Of a stretch of 64,000 bases of DNA, positions 40,380-52,976 are shown in pieces; position 1 is the stretch's first letter, and each line of letters starts with the position of its first letter. The position numbers and the translations under genes were made by a program. This stretch comes from an uncultured Nitrososphaerota archaeon. Lineage in GTDB: Archaea; Thermoproteota; Nitrososphaeria; Nitrososphaerales; CADDZS01. Location: NCBI GenBank assembly GCA_963799845.1, contig CAWCYI010000004.1, positions 1,216,001-1,280,000 on the forward strand. The letters are read 5' to 3'. The notes beneath the pieces are model-generated. The model saw nothing but the letters and a program-made list of their open reading frames with translations, had not been told where the DNA came from and did not search any database.

Positions 40380-41321
40380 TCAGAACTCGAAATTACCGTT
40401 CCGAACTAGGGCTCTTTCGTCAACAAGAAGTGAAGAGTTCCTGAGTGTAATATCGAGATGTATGGCAGAAGTTATTATGCCGTGGAATTGTTGATTGTCC
40501 CCTAGCCCTATATGGATCGAGCCACGAACACGCTCATCCTCTGAATTTCCTACGTTTAGAGCAAGTGGATTCATCCCTAGCCCTACCTCACCAATCTTAT
40601 TCCCATTTCGAAAATGAGTCACAAGTTCATTCAAAATTTCGGCAGATTCGCCTCCCTTAATTGTGTCTATGTTTCCATTACTAATATCTATCAGGGTTTT
40701 GGATCTTAAAAATCCAAAACCTAACAGCGTACCATTTGCAACGATCTTTCCATTGAGACTCGACTCTTCTGGAGCGATCGCAACTACTCCAGGTGGGAAA
40801 TAGTCAAGACTACCGGGTCGTGTCGCATCTGACGCTCCCAACACAGCTTTCCTTCCAATACATCTTCCCTCAAGGTAAGTTCCATCTTTCGAAGTAACGG
40901 TGATAGTATCAGCGCCTTCCAGTAATCTAGCTACTTTTTGCATTTCCCGGCCCAGTTCTCGAAAATCCAGGCCTGCATTACGAGCTAACGTCTCCGGTCG
41001 GATTCCCGACATGATCAACACCCGAGTACCTTGACTAATCGCATCTGCCCAAACCCTCTTAGGAAGTGATTTATTTTCACAAGAGATTATTGCATCGTAC
41101 TTATCTGGGGAGAAAACCTCAGAAACGTTGTAGTTGTCAAGCGACTTTGAATGAACTAGGATTTGGCTTCTAGCTCCCAACCGATTTGTTGCTTCCTGCA
41201 AATCATTCACTAATTGAAGATTCTGAAGATTGTCGGTTGAAATTAAGACTCTCTCTTTGGATGAAAGTCTCAAAGACTTTCTGAGAATTATCCTTGCTTC
41301 TCTCACCACATTTCCTGACAT
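40380..41321 (-). CDS. M29/leucyl aminopeptidase-like metalloprotein
   Basis: TSKDGTYL, IGEVGLGMNP, EDERVRGSIHIGLGDN, IHLD. Confidence 0.85.
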   Translation of the reverse strand: MSGNVVREARIILRKSLRLSSKERVLISTDNLQNLQLVNDLQEATNRLGARSQILVHSKSLDNYNVSEVFSPDKYDAIISCENKSLPKRVWADAISQGTRVLIMSGIRPETLARNAGLDFRELGREMQKVARLLEGADTITVTSKDGTYLEGRCIGRKAVLGASDATRPGSLDYFPPGVVAIAPEESSLNGKIVANGTLLGFGFLRSKTLIDISNGNIDTIKGGESAEILNELVTHFRNGNKIGEVGLGMNPLALNVGNSEDERVRGSIHIGLGDNQQFHGIITSAIHLDITLRNSSLLVDERALVRNGNFEF

Positions 41322-41580
41322 ATTTCTGTGGCCTCGATATTAATTAGAATACACAGAGAAAATAATTCGAGATTCGATCAGAGCTTATCGTTTGATAACA
41401 TAAAACTAGTACTAAAACTCTTATCGAAGTCTTGAATAGATCACCGAATCGTGCCTAACAATTTTCAAGCTGATCGAATATACGATTTGGGACAAGATAT
41501 ATTTCTCGGTATGCCAATTACCGAGCCAAACAGGCCAGGTTTCTTGTTTGCGGTTTCAACGATCGAGAAAACATATTTGC

Positions 41581-42592
41581 TTACAGGTTTAGTCTGTCCA
41601 TCACTAATTAGACATTCTCTGGCGCCGTTAGTCCTGATCAAGTTAACAGAAGAGTGTGTCAAGATGTTGTCAAACCATTCTCCTTCAGTATTTCCCAATC
41701 CAAAGTGCATCCCTCCTGATACTTTCTCGCAGTTCGACGTATTCGAGTCAAATCTTGCCCAGTCGTTAAACCCTATGGAGAATTCAGTCATAGCATTCAT
41801 TTCAAGCAGAGATTGCACTCGAGCTTCTCTTCTGGCATAATCAAGCATGATATCTAGGAACGTTCGATCTCCCGAGATCGATCGTGGCTTTCCATTCTCG
41901 AACGTGATTTTGAGAGGCTTGGGGGGAATTCCGAGCCCCGTTATTGCTCCATCGATCACAAGAGTTCCATTCAAAGAATTAGGAACGGGATTCCTTCCTC
42001 CTTCTCCCTCCGGAATCTGAATCACACCCGTATCTAGATTGTTCTGAAACTTGTAGCTGGGGCTGCGGTAGGTAGGACTACTTGATTGATCTAGCAAGAA
42101 CGTTACGTCAGTGCCAATGTCAGATTTCACTTCCACCTTTTCAACGTCTTTCAGCTTGTCTACTAGCCTTCTTCCTTTACTCTCCACCATCTCGTAATCT
42201 GCGAGAACACCTCCAATTTCGAAATAATCGAGTCGGGGTTCGTGCATTGTCAGGTACTTGCATTTTGACTTCTTTGCGACATTCCAAATATCGCCGTACA
42301 CTAAATGACTATCCTCGGGCATCCTTTCTATTATGTATAGGAATATGTCCGAATGTCTTATGCACTGTTCGAGGAATTTAGAAACTTTAGTAAATGGCCT
42401 AAGCCTCTTAGGAATGCACTGAACGTTTATGTCTTCGAGCCCCAGGTCGATCGAAGCAGAAACGAAATATTTTGCAACATCCAAGTACGCCTCGTCAGTC
42501 AATATTAATAACGATTCATCTTTTGTCGCATTCGCTGCCTCAGAAATGATCTTCCTAGCGCCCATGAGTCTAAGGTTCTCGAGAAGTGTCAC
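41581..42592 (-). CDS. M29/leucyl aminopeptidase-like metalloprotein (probable frameshift near 41598)
   Basis: SDIGTD, IPEGE, EFSIGFN, EKVSGGMHFGLG; removing one A ends the protein ISDGRLNL* at 41581. Confidence 0.8.
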
Positions 42593-43196
42593 TGCAGAAC
42601 ACGAGTTACCAGACCCTGCGCATATTTACCGATTTCTGTAACATCGAAATTTTGGATGATGTCAAGAAGAAGTAGAATTCATCAGTCAAGGACAAGCAGA
42701 TCTTAAGGCGACAACACAAACACAAACGAAATTCGCTTCAGACTTCCGTCACGGACAGATCTCAAAGCAGTTCTGTCAAATTGAAAGTTATTATAAGAAC
42801 AGAAAACGAGTCGCCGCCCTTTTTTTACTCGCAGGCCATTGTTATACTGAAAAATATTTTCCATCTCTGCAATTGTACAAAGAACCTTAAACTAAGATCG
42901 TACCGAGCTGGAACAGAAGCACAGTTTGGTTTAGAAGGCAACCGTTTTCTTAATTACGGAGTGGAAGTTGTCGTGTAGCTCCGAAACACGTCTGATAGAT
43001 GGTCAATGAACAGAATCTATCGCGATTTCTCTTCAGAAGCTCCGATCGCTCGAACTGCACTTAGAAAAGATACTCATGATGACAGTATTGTCGGAGTAGG
43101 CTCTGTCGAGATAAAGGGGACTTTTTTGTAACGAGTCTTGATGATACAAATCTCAACGAATACCGAAAATAAGATAAGGGCACGGAGAATTTTCTC

Positions 43197-44412
43197 TTGG
43201 GAGAAGAGAGTGACGCGACAGTGAGATTTGCAAAGAGGATGTCTACCCAGCCTGCACAAGCGTTTTCAAATTATGAAAAAGCTATAGAATTGGAGCGTAG
43301 TGGTGTTGATATCATCAAAATGGGTGTCGGGAGTCCTTCCTTCGATACCCCCGCTAACATAAAGGAAGCAACCAAGCGTGCCCTAGATCTCGGATTTGTT
43401 CACTACGATGAAATGGCCGGTCTGAAAGAATTCAGATATGCATTGGAAGAGAAGCTTGCCAAGGTTAATGGCATCAAGGCCGATCCTGATACACAGATTC
43501 TTGTGACGTCAGGCCTTACCCTGGGAGCTTATGCCGCAATCATGGCACTAATCGACGAAGGAGATGAACTGGTCAACTTTGATCCTGGTTATACAACACA
43601 TGACAAGAGAGTTGCTTTCGCGGGTGGAAAAGTTGCTTATGCATCCCTCAAGAAAAGTGAACACTATCTCCTCAACAAGCATGAGTTAGAAAAAGCCATC
43701 AATCCAAGGACTCGAGCCATCCTATGGGTTGATCCACACAATCCGTTGGGCCGCGTTTTCAGTCGAAGCGAGATTGAAATAGTCGCAGAGGTCGCAAAGG
43801 AGCACGACCTGGTAGTTCTTTCGGACGAAACCTATGAGTACTTTACTTACGATGGAAGGAAACATATCAGTATAGCTAGCCTCCCTGGGATGGCTGAGAG
43901 AACAGTCAGTCTTTTCACCTTTACAAAGGCATATGCAATGGATGGATGGCGTCTAGGCTACGCGACTGGTCCTGAAGTAATAATCAACGAAATGAAAAAA
44001 GTAACGACCGCGGCACATACTCACGTGAACACGTTTATTCAGAAGGGAGACTGTAGAAGCGGTCAAGGGTGATCAGAGGGCAGTTCAGGAGATGGTTTTA
44101 GAAGACAACAGACGAAGAGAATTGTCCGTCAAAAGACTCAATGAAATGGATGGTGTCTCATGCCATATTCCAGAAGGATCAATTTACGCTTTTCCAGATT
44201 TTGGTAATTATGGAATAAATTCTGATAAGCTAGAAGAATTTTTTCTCGATAGGGCCCACGTAACTGCTTTATCTGGGCTGGAATTCGGAAAACAAGGGGC
44301 AGGGCACATTAGAATTTGTTTTGGCGCGGTTTCCTACAATAGACTAAACGAAGGACTAGACAGAATCCAAAAAGTTCTTCCTGAATTAGCTAGCGTTGCC
44401 CTTCCAGTTTAG
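43197..44412 (+). CDS. PLP-dependent aminotransferase class I/II (frameshift near 44050)
   Basis: PHNPLG, SDETY, FTKAYAMDGWRLGY; second part PEGSIYAF, GHIRI. Confidence 0.92.
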
Positions 44413-44741
44413 GCAATTTAAAATCATGGCCGTCGCTTAGCCAAACTTGCCTCGTGAGACTGGTGATTCAACCGCTTTTTCTCCGGAAGAGAAATATGGA
44501 TGAAGCTTGGACTAACCTCAACTTATTGTTGAAGATTACTCAATCACAGACAGTGAGGATGAGGTCGAATGGTTTGTTACAGCCTCTTTTCGAATCTTCA
44601 ACTTGGGACTTATATTTTCAAAGATCTTACGAAACTGTTTATTCCTAGGGACAGAGGTCTAGACAAGGTATAATATTTACCAGCTTACCCACCAGTAGAG
44701 TTCCCAAAATAACCTTGGCAAGATTTTTCTAACTGATCCGC

Positions 44742-45215
44742 ATGAACACGCATATGTCACTTGAAGCTAGAATTCAAGTCCTTGAGGATATTGAAAGCAT
44801 AAAGAAACTGAAGTATTCTTACGCTTACAGAATGGATGAAAGAGATTGGGACGGGGTAATCGACCTATTTGCCATCAAAGGCCAAGCAGATTGGGGAGTT
44901 TACGGCTTTTGCGCTACCCGGAAAGATCTCGAATCTTATTTTCGCGAAACACAGCCAAAATTCTTTTCCTTTCACATTCACATGCTACACAATCCGATAA
45001 TAAATATCCAAGGGAATGGGGCAACTGGCCTATGGTACCTGACAGAACCCGCGACATCTAAAGGCACAGCTCTTTGGATTTCAGGAAAATATGAAGACGA
45101 GTATATCAGAGAAGAAAAAGAATGGAAAATCGCGAAAACCAAGTTAAGATGCTTTTATTTAACCCCCTTCGATCAGGGATGGGAAAAAGAGAAAGTATTT
45201 TCTGAAGTCAAGTAA
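44742..45215 (+). CDS. SnoaL-like/NTF2 protein (BaiE/LinA-like)
   Basis: LEDIESIKKLKYSY...D, HMLHNPII, GKYEDEY....WKI. Confidence 0.88.
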   Translation: MNTHMSLEARIQVLEDIESIKKLKYSYAYRMDERDWDGVIDLFAIKGQADWGVYGFCATRKDLESYFRETQPKFFSFHIHMLHNPIINIQGNGATGLWYLTEPATSKGTALWISGKYEDEYIREEKEWKIAKTKLRCFYLTPFDQGWEKEKVFSEVK

Positions 45216-45535
45216 AATATGATTACTGCCTTATATCGAAGGAGAAACTACTTCATTGATTCCCACATTTCTGATTTATCTTGGAGAATAGTTTGATGTG
45301 AAAACTAGGTTCCTTAGCTACAGGAATGTTTCGTTAAATCAGAATTTAGTTTGGGCATTTTCGATATATCTGTCGTTACATTAGATGAACTTTAGTCTAG
45401 GAAATTTTGACGTTGGCTGCGATTAGAGTTGCCTCCGCACCGAGCATTCATGGTTAGCATATAGCTATTCGAAAGTGTCCGGTTGCTCTTATTATGATTG
45501 AGTTAGTGCAGTGAAGATCCACTCTTAGTACTAAG

Positions 45536-45543
45536 TATAAATA
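45536..45543 (+). promoter_or_regulatory. Archaeal TATA box
   Basis: TATAAATA starts 31 nt upstream of ATG 45567, consistent with a leaderless transcript. Confidence 0.55.
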
Positions 45544-45566
45544 GGCCGCCTTTGTCCTCGAACATT

Positions 45567-47865
45567 ATGTTGCCAAGAGGATCAACCGTTAATGCAAGAG
45601 AAGGAGTGAGTAGATCGTTAATCATAGTAGTTGTTGTCATTGTGATAGTGATATTCGCTGTAGGCGCCTACATAGCTACTACTTCCTCAACCTCTTCTGT
45701 TACCACTACAAGTTCATCCTCCTCTTCACTTCAGCTCGTCCTCCTCTGCAACTAGCTCGTCTTCCTCTTCATTGTCAACGTCTAGCTTGGCCTCGCAAAG
45801 TTCCTCATCGGTCCAAGTCTCATCTTCTTCGGTTGTCAGTAGTTCGACGACTAGCAGTTCTACCGCGACCACCACCGCTACTTCCAGCACTGTTCAGGTT
45901 CCATCCTCTCTGACTTATGAGACCATATACACTCCTGAATACCTAGATCCGGGAATCACCTATCATCCGTATGATTTCAATATCATGCAGAACATTTACG
46001 AACCACTGCTTTGGTACAACGGAGCCAATGGTACCTCTACAATTCCTTGGCTAGCCCAGAATTATACTATATCCCCTAATGGAACCGAGGCCTTCTTCAC
46101 CCTGAGAAGCGGAATAACATTCCAAGATGGTGAGCCGCTCAACTCAACGGCAGTCTACTTCTCGCTAAACAGATTGCTGATAAATGATGGTAGCACGCCA
46201 AGCACACACGGGACAGAAGCTGCGTGGATATTGCAACAAGTAGAAAACTTTAGCTTGAGCACGGCTTTCACCGGACCTCATGCCTACAACCAAGCGTGGT
46301 TGAATAAGGTTCTGGCCGAAAATGTCGTGCAAATAACCGGACCCTTGACTTTTACCATTCATGTAGAGAGTCCTGATGCATCTCTCCCATTCCTCTTGGC
46401 AGGACAATGGGCTGAAATTGTTGCGCCAGATTTCGTGATGCAGCACGACTTGGCTCTTTGGAATCAATCGAGCATGGGCTATACGCTTCCATACCCCTCA
46501 ATCGGAGGGGGTAATGAAACTGCTCTTGTAAACGAGTACTTTGCCGATCAGGTTGCAACTTGCAATTCAGGCGCGACTCCGACGGGATGTGGGACCACTT
46601 ACCTAGATGGATCTTACAATGGTGCCTCTGCGGGAACCGGTCCGTATAGTGTAGTTAGTGTGGGCAAATCCTCAAATGATATCGTTTTGAGCGCGAATTC
46701 TAATTATTGGGGAGGGGCCTATCAATACATGAGAGGGGCTAAAGTAACTCCACAGATAAAAACTATCGACATCAAGTATATCGCTCAGATTTCAACTCGC
46801 GAAGTGGATCTGCAGAACGCTGCACACTCAGGACAAGCAATGGCGATAGATCTTCCGAATGATAATTTGTATGACGTTGCCGATAGGAACGCCTGGCTTA
46901 CAAATGGATCACTGGAATCTATAATCCCTGGAGTCACAATCTCTGGTCCTTATACCAACTACAATGTGTTCGAAACTCCATTCGGAATGAATGTAACTAA
47001 CCCCCTCACTGGCACCTTCTACAAGTTCCAACCTTTCGCAGACTTGCGAATTAGATTGGCTTTCGCTGATTCGGTCAATATGACTGACATCAATGAACAG
47101 GAAAACAACAACATGGGAGTCGTGGCTAATAGCCCGTTTGGGCCAGGGTTCCCACCGGCTGGAACATACAATTCATCAATCACCACAAGGTATGCCTTCA
47201 ACCTGACGGCCGTGCAGGATTTCCTTCTCAGCGCTATGGAGCAACCGTTAACTCACTTCAACTTCGAAAATGGGACTAGCGCACCCGCTGGACTATTCAA
47301 CAATACATTTGGGTGCCCGACTCTGGGCTCTTCTGGAACATGCTCCAGTCCCGTTGCACAGACCATACCTCTCTATTACAACGCAGGCGACACGGTCAGC
47401 GAGGCAATTCTCACTGAAATGGCTTCTGCAATTAACAATGTCAGCTCCACATACAACATGGGATTAACCGCTACGGTTGTTCCGATTCCTGAGGGACAGC
47501 TCACGACATATGCTATAAGTGGCGAGGTGTTCACGTGGCCGTCAACAATTACTAACGACTATCCTTGGGTAATGGACTTTCTCGGTCCGTTTTACGCCCC
47601 CTACGATATTCTTCCAGGCCCACAGGGCTGGAACCTACAAGTAATGGGAACACTGTTCTCCCAAGCTTCCACCGCCAACTCAGTCAGGAACGTAACCGGG
47701 CTTGTCAAGGTAACAAATATGATGAATGCAATAGCAAACCAGCAAGTGATGTACTTCTGGGAGTACTACCCCAGAGTCTTTCAAGTGATGACTTCTAATG
47801 TTCAAGGATATTACTACAATCCAGCCCTGGTTGGTACAATAGAATATTTCGCGACTCTGTACTAA
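45567..47865 (+). CDS. ABC transporter substrate-binding protein, family 5 (frameshift near 45730)
   Basis: REGVSR + TM anchor, Ser-rich linker, YLDPG, NIYEPLLWY, PWLAQNY, GTGPY. Confidence 0.9.
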
Positions 47866-48558
47866 CACAAATGTAGACAGGACTACGAAGGTTTAAGATC
47901 GAATCCATCATGGGCAGATCAAATGATCAGACCATGACCGGGTCTATGCTTCTATCTCATGGATCCCTCCTTCGGTCGCCACTTCCACGCTAGGTGAGCT
48001 GTTTGGCTTTTTCACTCGCCGGTTTCTCAGATCGTTTCTTGAATAGCATCTTTCCATTTGATCACAGCTTTTGGATTCTGGAAAGACCGGGATTGGAACA
48101 GTTTGTGAAGACGATCGTCCTCGGTCAGCAACATATAGTTAGAGCAGGCTGCCGTCCAATAGATCTGTCTATCAAAATAATCTCGCAGATCTGCTCTAGT
48201 TAGCAGTGCGTCTGAGAGCTCTTCCAGATGCTAGAGAATCAACCATAGATTCCCTGTTCCTTTTGCATCTGCTCGCTAAGCTTCTCGGCGTTAGCGTTTC
48301 CAGTGGAGGCCTTGTTAGCAGTTGTTCGATTAAACAGCTCAGAAGGCCAGTTCGGCATGTATTGTGTCCAGAGTGAGCGAAATATCGTACACTTTCAATT
48401 TTCTTAACGCTGCGATGGCTTCACTTGCAGTCGACATTACGGTCTTGCCTGAAATGACGTAAACCAAAAAGTATTTTGGCTCTTATTAGGCACACATATA
48501 TCAAAAGTTACCCTGAGATGACCTTTTCAGAACTCAGGGCCAAATAGTTACAGTTACT

Positions 48559-49572
48559 TCAGCTTCTGAGCGGAGGAAGAATATCCCGTCCGATCGTCCT
48601 GATCGCTTCTGAAATATCCGGCCCGAGAGGACCGCCCAGAGAAACTTGAGTTACTCCCGCCTTTTCCATCTGAGCAATCCTCTCCACGCACTCCGAGATG
48701 CTTCCAGTTATCCCGAGTCGGAGCATATCATCAGTCACTAGTTCGCTCGCCAAATCGTATCTCCCCCGATCAATCTCCTTCCTGATTCCTGCGAAATCTT
48801 GCACTTTCAGACCCGCTGCACCCATTTCTTCATCCTTCAAAAATGGAGCAAAATACGCGATGACCGGCTTCATCAGTTCCGTCGCTTTCTTCGGATCTTC
48901 CTTTGAAACTGAAATCCAGACAAATCCTGCAATATCCACATCTTTCTGGTCTCTCGAAGCCCTCTTACAGCCCTCGTGTATCGCTTTCACAACATAAGGA
49001 GCTGATTCAGGTGGCGCCATCATAGGAGTGGCTCCATCTCCGATCTCACCACACAAATTAAGGAAATCTTTCCCGTGAGCCGAAATGTAAATCGGTGGAT
49101 TTTCTCTAAACGGCTTGAATCTCAGGTACGCCTGATCAGTCCAGTGAAATTCCTTTCCATTGAATGGCTCAGCTTTTTCCTGGCCGTAAGACCGAAAACA
49201 ATCACGGATGAGCTGGACTGCTTCCCTTGTCCTCGTTACAGGATCTCTTGCGTCGATACCTACCCATCGGAGCATTTCAGTAGTGTGGTGCCCCAGACTA
49301 AGAACTGCTCGACCCTTCGAAAGCTCGTCCAGAGTTGCAAATAGAGTTGCTATTTCATCTGGCGCGACACTGTAGGGACTCGTGTAAATCGGCAATTTGA
49401 TCTTCTGGGTATGGCTCGCCGCGGCACAAACGATCGGCCACGAGCTACGCAAAAATGTGTCGTGCGAAAACCAGCAAAAATCAAATCCGCATTCTTCCGA
49501 AAGGATTCCCCAAGCAAGCTGTTCGTTCGCATCATGCCATCCAAGGAATCTAGAACCGAATTTCATTACCAC
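48559..49572 (-). CDS. LLM-class (Mer-like, probably F420-dependent) oxidoreductase
   Basis: GFDFCWFSH, FATLDELSKGRA, PPIYI, GEIGDG, GGPLGPD. Confidence 0.88.
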   Translation of the reverse strand: MVMKFGSRFLGWHDANEQLAWGILSEECGFDFCWFSHDTFLRSSWPIVCAAASHTQKIKLPIYTSPYSVAPDEIATLFATLDELSKGRAVLSLGHHTTEMLRWVGIDARDPVTRTREAVQLIRDCFRSYGQEKAEPFNGKEFHWTDQAYLRFKPFRENPPIYISAHGKDFLNLCGEIGDGATPMMAPPESAPYVVKAIHEGCKRASRDQKDVDIAGFVWISVSKEDPKKATELMKPVIAYFAPFLKDEEMGAAGLKVQDFAGIRKEIDRGRYDLASELVTDDMLRLGITGSISECVERIAQMEKAGVTQVSLGGPLGPDISEAIRTIGRDILPPLRS

Positions 49573-49611
49573 TTTTCAGTGAATCACCGATGCGGAGAGT
49601 GCGTCCTTGAA

Positions 49612-51711
49612 CTAACCCTTGGTGAACTGGTAGAAGTACGGCCCAGGAAAAGCTGCATTGAAGACAAACCCACTGATCCAGCTTCTGAACATCTGTCCGG
49701 TCTCTCCAAAGACAGACGGGTAAAATAGGAACGCGTACCCAACATCTTGGTTGAGCAGTAGAGTTGCTTCACTGATCAGATTCTGCCTCAGCGTCGAGTT
49801 CGTCTCTGCAGCCTGTTGGTTGACCAGATTGAGGTACTGCGTATTGTTGTAGCTGTCAAATAGTCCGATGTCAAGTGCGCTGCTGAAGCTCGCGAGGTAA
49901 TCAGTTGCATCAGCGTAGTCAAGGCTGAACGAGATCGCTTCTACCGGCGTGTATCCGCCGACGATTCCCGACACATACTCCGATTCCGTCTGAGGGGTAA
50001 CTACGATCGTGATGCCGAGCCCCATGTTGTTGATGTTAGTTGCGAGTTCGGTCGATACCGCCTCACCGGTGCTATCGCCTATCGCATACACTATCTGGAT
50101 CGTCTGCGGATTCGAAGAGTTGAACCCGAGCGCCTTTGCAGCGATTGTGAGATTCCCTTGCGAATCTGTCAGGTTGTAGTTATAGTAAAGCGGAATGGAC
50201 GCGTTGTACCCGTTCATTCCATAAGGCACTACCCCGTTCGCAAGACGCCCTAACCCACTGGCGGCGTTGTATAATATGTCGGAAGCATTTATCGCATCAG
50301 CAAATGCGAGCCTGAAATTCTTGTTCCGGAATGGTTGGAATGACGCGACAGTCCCGTCGGGATTTAAGATCTTGTAATTCCAGGCGATGTAATACATGTT
50401 GAGCTCCGTGTTCGGCCCGTAAATCGACACTCCCGGCGTCGTTGGTACAACTTGCTGCGAAGTCTGCCAGGCGGTCTTGTTCATGAATGCGAAAATGTCA
50501 CTCGTCGCAATATCCGAGATATCAGCGGCGCCGGACTTTAGGTCTAGTACTCTCGCAGAATCACTCTGTACAAAGTTGATGTCGACCTCTGATACCTTTG
50601 CAATTCCCTGTCCGCTCGGAGAACCCCAGTAGTTCTGGTTGGCTACCAGCACAACGTCTCCTGTAGTCTGGTCCCAGCTCTGTAACTGAAACGGACCAGT
50701 TCCGGACATATGATCGTTCAGGAAGGGGTCCTGAGATCCTGCGGTGACTCCCGTGATGTACCCGTGACCATTTGTAGGCTGTGTCCAGTGGGATATTGTG
50801 TACGACGGCGAAACGATTTCAGCGACAGACAGAGGAAGTAGATAGGGAAAAGAGGCGTCCGCGTACCCGAGATGGAAAATGACTTGATATGGATTTGATC
50901 CCACCACGACGCCGTTTGAGCTTATGAATGCATTTACCTGGCTCTGGTTGTAAGTCGGTGAGCCCTTTCCGTACGTCGCACTGTAATCATAAGATCCGTT
51001 GATAATTCCGGGAGCTTGTGTGCCGACGAGCAGTCCGAGAGTCGAAGAAGACGAATCTGTGAGAACCGCCCTGTTGATGCTAAATACGACCGCTGACGCA
51101 TTAAACGGAGTACCGTCTTGGAATTTAATACCCTGCCTCAAGTTGAAAGTGTAGGTTAATCCGTCCGACGAAACGATGTAGTTCTGGGCCAGCCAAGGAT
51201 AGACTATCTTGGTAGAGTTGCCCTCGTATTGCAGAAGGTTCTCGTAGACATTGAACTGGACCGTCTGCGACCCAGAGTCAGAATAGTATGCCGGATCGAG
51301 CGAAGAAAGCAGGTTCGAGGTCTCGTAAACAATCTTCCCAGGATTCTGGACGGCGATTGAAGTACTACTAGATGTTTGACTCGTACTCAGTTGGCTTGTA
51401 GTAGATTCGCTGGATGTCAGAGAAGAGGATGAAGTCGAAACTTGGCTCGAGCTGGTCAATAAGGATGATGTTGAGGACAATGGAGACGACGATGAAGATG
51501 ATGTCGTAGACGAACTCGTAGTAATTTGCGAGCTTGAGGAGGTTGATTTTGTACCGCCAAGGGTAAGTGCCGCATAGCCTCCAATCCCTGCCACAATGAT
51601 AATAATTAGGACAATTGCAACTAGAATGCTTCTTCCTATCGCTTTTCGATCGAATTTAGAGGTCGATCGAGGGTCAAAATACCACATGCCCGAAGGGTTT
51701 GTATGGCTCAC
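49612..51711 (-). CDS. ABC transporter substrate-binding protein, family 5
   Basis: RKAIGR + TM, Ser/Thr linker, SLDPA, NVYENL, FNLRQGIKFQDG, GTGPF. Confidence 0.93.
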   Translation of the reverse strand: MSHTNPSGMWYFDPRSTSKFDRKAIGRSILVAIVLIIIIVAGIGGYAALTLGGTKSTSSSSQITTSSSTTSSSSSSPLSSTSSLLTSSSQVSTSSSSLTSSESTTSQLSTSQTSSSTSIAVQNPGKIVYETSNLLSSLDPAYYSDSGSQTVQFNVYENLLQYEGNSTKIVYPWLAQNYIVSSDGLTYTFNLRQGIKFQDGTPFNASAVVFSINRAVLTDSSSSTLGLLVGTQAPGIINGSYDYSATYGKGSPTYNQSQVNAFISSNGVVVGSNPYQVIFHLGYADASFPYLLPLSVAEIVSPSYTISHWTQPTNGHGYITGVTAGSQDPFLNDHMSGTGPFQLQSWDQTTGDVVLVANQNYWGSPSGQGIAKVSEVDINFVQSDSARVLDLKSGAADISDIATSDIFAFMNKTAWQTSQQVVPTTPGVSIYGPNTELNMYYIAWNYKILNPDGTVASFQPFRNKNFRLAFADAINASDILYNAASGLGRLANGVVPYGMNGYNASIPLYYNYNLTDSQGNLTIAAKALGFNSSNPQTIQIVYAIGDSTGEAVSTELATNINNMGLGITIVVTPQTESEYVSGIVGGYTPVEAISFSLDYADATDYLASFSSALDIGLFDSYNNTQYLNLVNQQAAETNSTLRQNLISEATLLLNQDVGYAFLFYPSVFGETGQMFRSWISGFVFNAAFPGPYFYQFTKG

Positions 51712-51740
51712 TTAAAAGTTTCTTTATTTCTCATTATATT

Positions 51741-52976
51741 CTAACTTCCGTTAGATCCGCATAGGTCGAGTCCGGTTAGGGCATAAATCTTCGTAACAGC
51801 TATCAGGTCATCGGCAGATACGAACTCGTTGGGCACGTGACAAGTATTGAGTGATCCCGCCCCGAACGTGACTCCCTGTACCCCCTTTTCCAAGTAATAG
51901 TATAGATCACCAGCGCCGACGATTCCCCCTCCGTAAGATGACCGGACTCTAGCTTTTGATGCAGCTTTCCTTATGGCTCTGACCAGTTGGCTATCAGAAT
52001 CGATTTCCTGTGCCTTCTGAGAAGATAAGATCTCTACCTCAGCAAATTCGAAATCAGGATTTTGTTTTTTGCATTCAGCGAGCAATTTCTCAACCAGTTT
52101 CACCAAGTCATTCGGAACAGTACCGGGTGAAATCGATACTCGGAAGATCAATTCGGCGACCTGAGGAGTCAAGCCAAAGTCAGAATCCGACCCGCCAGAG
52201 AACCATACTAGTCTTGCTTTGGAGAATTCTCTCTCTGATCTAATTTTCGACCAGAAGGAAACTGCACTCTCCAACGCGTTGACCCCAACCGGTGGATGAC
52301 CGGTCCGTCCGAGAAACTTTAGTTTCAGCGTGACTGATCCCGTGAAGATACCCCAGATGCTACCGATTCCGCTTGCCTCGGCATTTATGGCAAACTCGGG
52401 TCTGCCGAAGCCCATTTTTTCCAGCCCTCCGTGGCGAACCATGAATTCCATGCCGGCCCATGTCACATCTTTCGGTGCTTCATCATCAACAGTCCCGATC
52501 AGGAGAATTGGCTTCTGCAGTTCTGCTCCAGAATCCATCAAAGCCTTTGCCGCAAACAGCTGAGCGGCGAGTGAACACTTTGCATCGCATGCACCGCGCC
52601 CCCAGATCTTTCCATTAACTATTTTTCCGGAAAATGGGGGGTTTTTCCACTCGCTCAGGTCTCCAGCAGGAACGACGTCCATGTGCGTTCCAATCGATAG
52701 GCCGATATTTTTTCGAGACTTGCCCAACAAGGCTACGAAGTTGTTCCGTGGATAGGCGAGACCTCTCGCTTTGAGTGATTTCCTATCCGCAGAGATTTTG
52801 AAATAGTCAACGCCGATTTTTCTGTATTGATCTTCGAGGTAATCGACTATTCCTTGACAATCGTTCTTCGGATTTTCAGAGTTTATCTGGATCAGCTCAG
52901 AACAAGTCCGAGCTAGTTCTCTAGCATTCGAATCTATTGACGAGATGATTTTTTTCTCTTCAGATAGGACACTCAA
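51741..52976 (-). CDS. M20 family (ArgE/DapE-like) metallohydrolase
   Basis: HMDVVP, GRGACDAK, DDE, NAE, CHVPNE. Confidence 0.9.
   Translation of the reverse strand: MSVLSEEKKIISSIDSNARELARTCSELIQINSENPKNDCQGIVDYLEDQYRKIGVDYFKISADRKSLKARGLAYPRNNFVALLGKSRKNIGLSIGTHMDVVPAGDLSEWKNPPFSGKIVNGKIWGRGACDAKCSLAAQLFAAKALMDSGAELQKPILLIGTVDDEAPKDVTWAGMEFMVRHGGLEKMGFGRPEFAINAEASGIGSIWGIFTGSVTLKLKFLGRTGHPPVGVNALESAVSFWSKIRSEREFSKARLVWFSGGSDSDFGLTPQVAELIFRVSISPGTVPNDLVKLVEKLLAECKKQNPDFEFAEVEILSSQKAQEIDSDSQLVRAIRKAASKARVRSSYGGGIVGAGDLYYYLEKGVQGVTFGAGSLNTCHVPNEFVSADDLIAVTKIYALTGLDLCGSNGS

Noticed and set aside
47880-48400. Possible decayed minus-strand HTH/transposase fragment (RPPLETL..., LIDRSIG)
   Set aside because: Multiple stops and frame changes; family cannot be supported by eye
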